In this document: positions 57,195-64,000 of the stretch, piece by piece
How the letters are laid out: each line of letters starts with the position of its first letter
Numbering within the stretch: the stretch's first letter is position 1
Source: a virus
Direction: 5' to 3' (one strand)
DNA length: 64,000 nt
Virus genome (UHGV): UHGV-1372970
Made by a program: the position numbers and the translations under genes
The notes under the pieces: model-generated
The model's input: only the letters and a program-made list of their open reading frames with translations
Told to the model about the DNA's origin: nothing
Databases searched by the model: none

Positions 57195-58337
57195 TTACAG
57201 GTCGCCAAATCCACCCAGCGAGGACGTGTCGACCGCGGCGTCAATCTGCCCAACCAGATAAGACGGGATCTCTGTCTCTTGCGGAGCAACCTGAACGTTG
57301 TCGGTTAACAACCAGCTACTCATCCACGGCAGCGGATCAGAAATAACGTCGTCAAAGAGTGGGTTGAGGTGTAAGCGACGCATGGCCAGGTTGGTACGGT
57401 ATTTAACGTACTGCTTCAGGATCTTCGCGTTCAGGCCAATCATCGAACCGTCTTTAAACAGGTAGTCAGCCCAGCGCATTTCCTGCTCGGCCACATCGAG
57501 CATGGTTTGATAGACGAACGGTTCTTCGTCTTCGGCGATCTGCTTCCAGAGCAACCCTTCGCGACCGGCTTTGATGTTACGCATCATGCGCTCAGTGCCT
57601 TCGCAATGAAGCGCCTCATCACGCGCAATCAGTCGCATAATTTTTGCGTTGCCTTCCAGCAGCTTTCTTTCACCAAACGCGAACGTACACGCAAAGCTGA
57701 CATAGAAGCGAATGGCCTCCAGCGCGTTCACAGCGACGAGGGTGCGATAAATCTGGCGATGCATAGGATATGGGTAGCCATTGAAATCTCCTGCATACAG
57801 ACGCTCAAATTCATCCTCACCGAGATACTCACGCGCACAGATCATCTGATACAGCTTATCGTATTCCGCCGAGACGCTTGATGCGCGACTGATAATTTCC
57901 TCGTCCGTCACGATGCCGTCGAAGACTACGCTCGGATCGTCCACCATGCCGCGGATAATATGCGTATAGCTGCGGCTATGAATCGTTTCAGAGAAAGACC
58001 AAGTCTCGATCCACGTTTCCAGCTCTGGGATAGAGGCTAGCGGCAGAAGAGTCACGTTTGGGCTTCGGCCCTGAACGCTGTCCAGAAGTGTCTGGTAACG
58101 CAGGTTGTTGATAAAGATCTGTCGTTCGTGCGGGGCCAGCTTCGTCTGGAAGTCGATACGGTCTTGTGAGATGTCTACTTCTTCCGGGCGCCAGAAGAAT
58201 GACAGCTGTTTCTCGATCAGCTTTTCAAACTCACGGTACTTTTGAATGTCGTAGCGCGACACGTTTACGGAATTGCCGAGGAACATCGGCTCTTTCGTCG
58301 CATCGTTGGCGCCGAGACGGAAGGTTGAATAAGACAT
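57195..58337 (-). CDS. nrdB: Ribonucleotide reductase class Ia beta subunit.
   Basis: Near-colinear with E. coli NrdB ([20 protein letters not shown].., [32 protein letters not shown]-terminal tail). Confidence 0.9.
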   Translation of the reverse strand: MSYSTFRLGANDATKEPMFLGNSVNVSRYDIQKYREFEKLIEKQLSFFWRPEEVDISQDRIDFQTKLAPHERQIFINNLRYQTLLDSVQGRSPNVTLLPLASIPELETWIETWSFSETIHSRSYTHIIRGMVDDPSVVFDGIVTDEEIISRASSVSAEYDKLYQMICAREYLGEDEFERLYAGDFNGYPYPMHRQIYRTLVAVNALEAIRFYVSFACTFAFGERKLLEGNAKIMRLIARDEALHCEGTERMMRNIKAGREGLLWKQIAEDEEPFVYQTMLDVAEQEMRWADYLFKDGSMIGLNAKILKQYVKYRTNLAMRRLHLNPLFDDVISDPLPWMSSWLLTDNVQVAPQETEIPSYLVGQIDAAVDTSSLGGFGDL

Positions 58338-58350
58338 GTATTTTCCTTTG

Positions 58351-58755
58351 TTATTTAATAAATTCAGTGCCGCTTAGTGCAACCAGCGCAGCGAGGGATG
58401 CAGCCAGCTCTGGTCGCTCGACATATTGGGTAGTGAACTCTTCACCGCCTGAGTAATAGACGTTGGCCATCCATCTTTCTGAGTTTTCAGTACCTTCACG
58501 ACCATCATGCGATTCGGGTGACAGTGAGACCTGCAGGCGAGTGATTGTCGGACCGATGTCTTCCCATGTACGAGTGGCGCAGAACTGACGCCAAGGCGTT
58601 TCCTGGTCTGTCACCCAAACCGTGTGAGGAAAGTGGTGGTGATACCATGCCGTCATACCGGTTGAACGAGTGTTGTCAATTTCCTGAACTTCCAACCCTA
58701 ATAAATTGGCTAGACGTTTGTTAATGTCGAACTCAGACAGATCGTAAATGGTCAT
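58351..58755 (-). CDS. Hypothetical protein between nrdA and nrdB.
   Basis: 134 aa. GGAA ribosome-binding site. Confidence 0.5.
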   Translation of the reverse strand: MTIYDLSEFDINKRLANLLGLEVQEIDNTRSTGMTAWYHHHFPHTVWVTDQETPWRQFCATRTWEDIGPTITRLQVSLSPESHDGREGTENSERWMANVYYSGGEEFTTQYVERPELAASLAALVALSGTEFIK

Positions 58756-58850
58756 TTCAATTCCGCTTTGTTTATCAGTGGAGCTATGTTAATTGGGGTT
58801 TATAGGCTTACTAATCAGATAGATGAGGTGGGCTTTCGCCCACCTGTTTG

Positions 58851-61181
58851 TTAGATCTTGCAGGCGCCCCCGCACTCGTCGTCATCCTCTTCAATAACTT
58901 CTGGCGACGTTGGGAGATGAGCCTGGTGTGTGACTTTGTCTTCTTCACGCGCACCAGCACCATCGCGGGTATTGTGGTAATAAAGCGTTTTAACGCCCAT
59001 GCGGTATGCATCCAGCAAATCAGTCAGCATTTGCTGCATCGGTACGCGGCCGCTCTGGAAGCGCGAAGGGTCATAGTTGGTGTTGGCCGAAATCGACTGG
59101 TCGATGAATTTCTGCATGATCGCGACTTTGGTCAGGTAGCCAAAATTGTCAGCAATGTCCCACAGGTATTCATACTGGTGGCCAATGCGGGAGAACTCCG
59201 GCACAACCATTTTCACGACGCCATCTTTGGACGACTTGACGGATACCGGGCCACGCGGAGGCTCAATGCCATTGGTGGAGTTGGTGATCTGGCTCGACGT
59301 CTCACAAGGCATTTGTGCCGAAAGCGTGGAGTTACGCAGACCGTGAGCCGCAATATCGGCACGCAGACTTTCCCAATCCAGCAGAAGAGGGTGGTTAGCG
59401 TTCAGATCGGCGGCATCCAGCTGCTTACGGTAATGGTCGATAGGCAGCAAGCCTTTTGCATACTTAGTCTGACCAAACCACTCACAGGCGCCTTTGTGTG
59501 CTGCAAGCAGATTGCTGGCCTTCAGCAGATAGAATTGGACCGCTTCGAACGTTTCATGAACCAGCTTATTGCCGTCGATGCCGGAATACTTCGCGCCGTT
59601 CTTAGCCAACCAGTAAGCGAAGTTAGTCACGCCCACACCCAGACTGCGACGCGCTTTAGCGGGGATCTCCGCTGCCAGCATCGGGTAATTCTGGTAATCC
59701 AACAGACAATCCAGCGCAGATACAGCATAGAAGGCGACTTCTTCCAGATCGTCCAGTGACTCCAGCGCACCGAGGTTGAACGCGGACAGCGTGCAAAGGG
59801 CAATTTCACCGTTCGGATCGTCAGTAAAGGCGAGTGGCTTCGTTGGCAGGGCGATTTCAGCGCAGAGGTTTGACTGCTTAATCGGGGCAACCGCTTCATC
59901 GAACGCGCCATGCGTATTCATGTGGTCAATGTTCGCGATGTAAATGCGGCCGGTGGAGGCTCGCTCCTGCATCAGAGAAGAGAACAGGTCGACCGCAGGG
60001 ACTGACTCTTTGCGAATGGACGGATCGTTCTCGTACTGAACATACAGACGGTCAAATTCGTCCTGATTGGCATAGAACGCATCCAGTAACCCAGGAACGT
60101 CATGAGGACTAAACAGCGTGATCTTGCCACCTTCCAGAAGACGACGATACATGAGGCGGTTCAGCTCGACGCCGTAATCCATGTGACGCACGCGATTGCT
60201 TTCAACTCCGCGGTTGTTCTTTAGCACCAGAAGGCTGTTTGCTTCGAGGTGCCATAGCGGGTAGTACGCCGTCGCTGCGCCGCCACGAACACCGCCTTGA
60301 GAACATGACTTCACCGCCGCCTGGAATAGTTTCAGGAATGGAATGACACCGGTATGCGTCGCTTCACCGTTGCGGATCGGACTACCCAGCGCACGAAGAG
60401 AACCGAAGTTAACGCCAATGCCGGCACGCTGAGAGATGTACTCGACGATAGCCGCGGTGGTTGCGTTGATTGACTTCAGCGAGTCGCCGGATTCAATTAG
60501 AACGCAACTGGAGAACTGACGAGTAGGGGTGCGAACGCCAGCCATAATCGGAGTAGGAAGCGACAACTTAAACGTACTGGTGACGTCGTAGAAGCCCTTG
60601 ACCATTTCCAGTCGGGTTTTGCCCATGTCGCCATCAATCCAGCTCTGATATAGACACATGCCCACCAGCATGTAGATATGTTGAGGTGACTCATAAACTT
60701 CCCCATTCACTCGGTGTTGAACCAAATATTTGCCACGCAGCTGAGTGGTGGCCGCATAGCCAAAGTTGTCATCACGCTCAGGCTTCATGTACACGCCCAG
60801 CTGGTTGATTTCTTCGCAGCTGTATTTGTCCATGAGTTCGCGGTCATAAACGCCGCGGGTAACGTTCTTCAGGATATGTTCGTAGAAGTCCGGGTATTCG
60901 TACTGGCCATGGGCATCTTTGCGGATCTTGAAGATGGCCAGGCGTGCAGCAACTTTGCTGTAATTCGGATTGTCAGCGCTAATGAGATCAGCAGCAGCTT
61001 TGATCAGTGCGTCATGCACCTGGCTGGTGGTCATCCCATTAACGATACTTGCCGCCGCTCCCATGGCGATTGCGGAGGCGCTTACGCCTTCGATACCATC
61101 CGTCGCCCATAAGACGACACGGTTATACTTCTCTTCGCACAGTGGCTCTGCGCTGCCGTTCCGTTTGGTAATTTGAATCAT
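58851..61181 (-). CDS. nrdA: Ribonucleotide reductase class Ia alpha subunit (with ATP-cone).
   Basis: Strong colinearity with E. coli NrdA (LPTPIMAGVRTPTRQFSSCVLIESGDSL, NLCAEIALPT, C-terminal CGGACKI). ATG at MIQITKRNGS aligns with the E. coli start. A GTG at 61208 is the alternative start. Confidence 0.9.
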   Translation of the reverse strand: MIQITKRNGSAEPLCEEKYNRVVLWATDGIEGVSASAIAMGAAASIVNGMTTSQVHDALIKAAADLISADNPNYSKVAARLAIFKIRKDAHGQYEYPDFYEHILKNVTRGVYDRELMDKYSCEEINQLGVYMKPERDDNFGYAATTQLRGKYLVQHRVNGEVYESPQHIYMLVGMCLYQSWIDGDMGKTRLEMVKGFYDVTSTFKLSLPTPIMAGVRTPTRQFSSCVLIESGDSLKSINATTAAIVEYISQRAGIGVNFGSLRALGSPIRNGEATHTGVIPFLKLFQAAVKSCSQGGVRGGAATAYYPLWHLEANSLLVLKNNRGVESNRVRHMDYGVELNRLMYRRLLEGGKITLFSPHDVPGLLDAFYANQDEFDRLYVQYENDPSIRKESVPAVDLFSSLMQERASTGRIYIANIDHMNTHGAFDEAVAPIKQSNLCAEIALPTKPLAFTDDPNGEIALCTLSAFNLGALESLDDLEEVAFYAVSALDCLLDYQNYPMLAAEIPAKARRSLGVGVTNFAYWLAKNGAKYSGIDGNKLVHETFEAVQFYLLKASNLLAAHKGACEWFGQTKYAKGLLPIDHYRKQLDAADLNANHPLLLDWESLRADIAAHGLRNSTLSAQMPCETSSQITNSTNGIEPPRGPVSVKSSKDGVVKMVVPEFSRIGHQYEYLWDIADNFGYLTKVAIMQKFIDQSISANTNYDPSRFQSGRVPMQQMLTDLLDAYRMGVKTLYYHNTRDGAGAREEDKVTHQAHLPTSPEVIEEDDDECGGACKI

Positions 61182-61201
61182 GTTGTTGTCCGAAATAAAA
61201 A

Positions 61202-61223
61202 AGGCCACTAAATGTAGTGGCCT
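61202..61223 (-). terminator. Terminator-like or 5'-leader hairpin immediately upstream of nrdA.
   Basis: AGGCCACUA-loop-UAGUGGCCU followed by U-rich sequence on the minus strand. Confidence 0.45.
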
Positions 61224-61228
61224 ATAGT

Positions 61229-61249
61229 AATAAGTAAATACTTACTTAT
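61229..61249. promoter_or_regulatory. Palindrome type 2 copy lying as the 17-bp spacer of a TTGATA-N17-TACTAT sigma70-like promoter upstream of nrdA.
   Basis: Minus strand cgtaTTGATAagtaagtatttacttatTACTATagg. Confidence 0.5.
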
Positions 61250-61263
61250 CAATACGAGTGAAG

Positions 61264-61836
61264 TTAAAAGAAAGCCCTCATCATTGATACGGCTTGGCGA
61301 TACTGGTCAGTTTCCAAACCGGTATAGACAGCGGCCAGTGCGTCGGCTGGGTGTTCGTTTTTAGCTAAAAGACTTACTTCACCTTTAGTCTTTTTCGTAA
61401 ACCAACCAGCGTCCGGGTGTTTAGATACAGCCCACTCGATGATGGTGTTTTTGGAGGTGTCTTTTTTTCCGCCGATGTGCATTTTGATGTCATTAGGAGT
61501 CAACTGAATAATAGGTTTATCGATACAAGCCAGAACCCCCAGGCACAGACCATATGAGGTTTGCGCACGAGATGACTGGCTACCAACAGGCAGCTCAGCA
61601 AAGACGATATTCACGCTATCGACGATGGGCTTTATGCCGCGCCACAGCTCGTTAGCCCGTCGCAGATCATCACTGTTGGTACGGACTGTTTTCTTTGACG
61701 CAGTGGCCTCAGTTTCAATTAACTTTATCTCCACCTCGCTAATTCTGGATGTATCCAAGTTCAGCAGACCGGTGACGACCCCAAAATTACGCAGACTAGG
61801 GTCAAAACCTGCAAATCGAATAATTTTACTACTCAT
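61264..61836 (-). CDS. RuvC-like Holliday junction resolvase.
   Basis: IIRFAGFDPSLRNFGVV (compare RuvC IILGIDPGSRVTGYGV), FAELP, C-terminal HPADALAAVYTG (compare RuvC DAADALAIA). Start reassigned to MSSKII (AAGGAAAG ribosome-binding site). Confidence 0.6.
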   Translation of the reverse strand: MSSKIIRFAGFDPSLRNFGVVTGLLNLDTSRISEVEIKLIETEATASKKTVRTNSDDLRRANELWRGIKPIVDSVNIVFAELPVGSQSSRAQTSYGLCLGVLACIDKPIIQLTPNDIKMHIGGKKDTSKNTIIEWAVSKHPDAGWFTKKTKGEVSLLAKNEHPADALAAVYTGLETDQYRQAVSMMRAFF

Positions 61837-61852
61837 GTGCTTTCCTTTGTTA

Positions 61853-62551
61853 TTACCACGAACCCCACAGAGGGTTTGATTTTCTAAGTTCTCTAATTCC
61901 ACTGAACTCATCCAGAACGCCTTCAGCTGGCTGGCTTTCGAAAAAGCCATCGATCACAGTAGGCCAGACTTCAGTGATGGCATCAGCGAGTTTTTTCATT
62001 ACACCGGTGGCGTACTGCAGGCTATCTTTTGCGTCGCTCGGATCAGTGGTCGTTACAATGAAGCCTGTCTTCACCTCATCATCGAAACAAACACCAAAAT
62101 ACAAAGCGCCTTCGCCCATCAGTGTCACTGGCATTTCAACCTTTCTGAATGGTCTGGATTTGTATCGTTTTCCATATCGCGACATTTCACCTTGAACGCG
62201 ACGAACAGCAAGCCTGGCGCTCATATGCTGAACGCGATCAGTCGCCTTCTTGGACTTAGTAGCGTCGAAGGTGATTTCACCATCCTCATTGGATGACATA
62301 ATCACACCTTTCCCCAAGTGATCGGGGCCAAATACGTTCCCCAGATAAGACAGCTCAGAGCTACCGACATGCTGCGCATCGAACAGAGTTTCACTCCCTT
62401 CAATGAGACGCTGGCGCGTTACTGAATCTTTGTAATGGCTATCGAAAGAGCCAAAATCCACATTACCGCCAAAACGAACAGCCATGTGCCGCGCAGCTGC
62501 TACACAGGTGGCAATCTGACCAAACTGATTGCCAGTCAGCTTAGACGACAT
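61853..62551 (-). CDS. Hypothetical protein.
   Basis: 232 aa. AGAGGG ribosome-binding site. Confidence 0.5.
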   Translation of the reverse strand: MSSKLTGNQFGQIATCVAAARHMAVRFGGNVDFGSFDSHYKDSVTRQRLIEGSETLFDAQHVGSSELSYLGNVFGPDHLGKGVIMSSNEDGEITFDATKSKKATDRVQHMSARLAVRRVQGEMSRYGKRYKSRPFRKVEMPVTLMGEGALYFGVCFDDEVKTGFIVTTTDPSDAKDSLQYATGVMKKLADAITEVWPTVIDGFFESQPAEGVLDEFSGIRELRKSNPLWGSW

Positions 62552-64000
62552 AACTGCGGCCCTCTTTCACCTCCAGCGTTACCGTTTCGCGGAACCACGA
62601 CTTCATCTCTTTGTGAGAGACGATCATCACCGTGCCACGCTCACGCGCCTTCGCTTCCAGAATACCCATCAAACGCTCAAGCCCAGCCTGATCCAGGGCA
62701 TCATCAATCTCGTCACCGATAAACAGCTGAATGCTTTTGCTGGCACGGTTAGCAACCATATCCTGAAGCGCCAGCGCACACGCCAAACGGACTTTTCGCT
62801 TTTCACCACCGGACAAACCACGGAAGTCTTTGCTGAAACCGACTTTCTCGACGGCAATGTTGAATTTGTCGCGGATCTCGCCTTTCTTGGTCGTGTCCAT
62901 TGTCGACCAGACCGCAGTGATATTGCCGTCCGACATCGTGCTCAGATACTCGGCTGTTTTGTCATTCAGGAATGGCGTCACCGCCGTCAGAACGTGGGAA
63001 CGGACGCCAGATGGCGAATAAACCTGACGCGCCTTCTCAAGCAGTAGCGCCTGATCCTTCATTCCTTCGATTTCGCGGCGGATCTCTTTCAGCTTCTCTT
63101 TGTGCGTAGCCAGATTTTCGCGATGTCGCTGAACAGCCGCGTTATGCGGATTGCTCTCTTCGGAAATAGACAAGACTTGCGCATTAGCACGCTGCAGGGC
63201 GTTCTCTGCCGCTTTTACTTCAATCTGGCGTGACTTTACATCACCCAGCTCGCGGGTAAGCCCAGAGATGCGCTCAGTGATTGCGGAGACGTCCGGCGTC
63301 GACTCAACAAGTCGGTCACGCAGTGCGACCATTTTATCGTGACGTTCTTTTTTGGCCGCTAAGTCAGCAGTCAGTGATTTGGCTTCATCGACCTGCTTGC
63401 GGACTTCCCCGGCATGAGTGTCGTGAACGTGTGATAGATCATCGCTGGTGTATGGCTTGCCGCACGTCGAGCATGGCTTCCCGACACTGGAACTTACGTT
63501 GTCTGCGTTCAGCTTGGCTCTTTTGGCTGCGCTGACGGCTCTGTCTCGGGCGGCTTCTGTCGCTCGGATCTCCGCCGCTGCATCAGCCACCATTGTGTTC
63601 GCTGCCTGAACTTTCTTATCATGTTCAGTCCGACCTGATAGTTTTTTCTTTTCATCCGTGATCTTATTCTCAATCGTTTTTATCGTGAGAGGTATGTCGG
63701 ACAGCTCCATGCTGACCTCAGTTACTTTCACCTCCATGTCATTCGCGTAAACACGCGCCGCCGATAGACGTTCTGCCCTGGTCTTCTCCCAGCTCGACAC
63801 GGCCGCGCTGCTTGTCTCGATCTCCGACTCCGTGGAAGTGATTAACGAAACAGCGTTATCAGCCTGAGCAGTCGCTCGATCCAGACGTGCCGTCATTGCG
63901 TTCGCTCTGTCGCGAGCAATCGCATAAGCCTTAGTCAGACGGTCGATGCCGGCCGCTTCTTCGACAATGCCCTTTAAATTCTTGTCCGTCATACCTGGCA
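62541..64000 (-). CDS. SbcC/Rad50-like ATPase, C-terminal part (the gene continues beyond the window end).
   Basis: Long coiled coil, then ABC signature (LSGGEKRKVRLACALAL), Walker B (QLFIGDEIDDALD) and H-loop. No Walker A in the window. The frame is open to the window edge. Confidence 0.75.
   Translation of the reverse strand, partial: PGMTDKNLKGIVEEAAGIDRLTKAYAIARDRANAMTARLDRATAQADNAVSLITSTESEIETSSAAVSSWEKTRAERLSAARVYANDMEVKVTEVSMELSDIPLTIKTIENKITDEKKKLSGRTEHDKKVQAANTMVADAAAEIRATEAARDRAVSAAKRAKLNADNVSSSVGKPCSTCGKPYTSDDLSHVHDTHAGEVRKQVDEAKSLTADLAAKKERHDKMVALRDRLVESTPDVSAITERISGLTRELGDVKSRQIEVKAAENALQRANAQVLSISEESNPHNAAVQRHRENLATHKEKLKEIRREIEGMKDQALLLEKARQVYSPSGVRSHVLTAVTPFLNDKTAEYLSTMSDGNITAVWSTMDTTKKGEIRDKFNIAVEKVGFSKDFRGLSGGEKRKVRLACALALQDMVANRASKSIQLFIGDEIDDALDQAGLERLMGILEAKARERGTVMIVSHKEMKSWFRETVTLEVKEGRSYVV

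Overview
This window is a 64-kb stretch of a tailed, siphovirus-type phage genome, not a bacterial chromosome. It has no rRNA, tRNA, CRISPR array, integrase or transposase. Almost everything is encoded on the minus strand.

Positions 1-24.4 kb are a late structural operon with a lambda-like tail module. It runs from a J-like tail-tip protein (partial at the window start) through I, K, L, M, the tape-measure protein, the G/GT tail assembly chaperone and the major tail protein. An HK97-type head module and terminase follow: head-tail connector proteins, an Ig-like decoration protein, major capsid protein, scaffold, portal, TerL and TerS.

Positions 24.5-28.3 kb hold a tight operon just upstream of the terminase. 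It encodes a small winged-HTH protein, a GNAT-domain protein, an HExxH protein, a minimal ABC ATPase and two paralogous ParB-like proteins. An AT-rich plus-strand island (helicase plus unknown genes) ends at about 32.2 kb.

Positions 32.8-64 kb are a long minus-strand early region. It carries class Ia ribonucleotide reductase (nrdA, nrdB), an insert-bearing thymidylate synthase, a frameshift-interrupted dihydrofolate reductase, a P-loop kinase, a MazG-like enzyme, RNase H, a DnaQ-like exonuclease, a RuvC-like resolvase and an SbcC/Rad50-like ATPase (partial). It also encodes a Dam methyltransferase, a second larger NPPY methyltransferase, an HD-domain (p)ppGpp-hydrolase-like protein, a TerB-like protein, a Rha/KilAC regulator, several lipoproteins and secreted proteins, and AT-rich moron islands.

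The most unusual items are these:
- A roughly 1.5-kb ORF-free, strongly strand-skewed region (36.2-37.7 kb) with two iteron arrays.
- A family of at least 15 near-identical early promoter or leader elements built around the palindrome AAACAAnTTGTTT.
- A second conserved palindrome (TAAGTAAA..TTTACTTA) present about 13 times.
- Two likely programmed -1 frameshifts (major tail protein plus Ig domain, and G/GT).
- An interrupted DHFR gene.

No lysis cassette or DNA polymerase is visible in the window.
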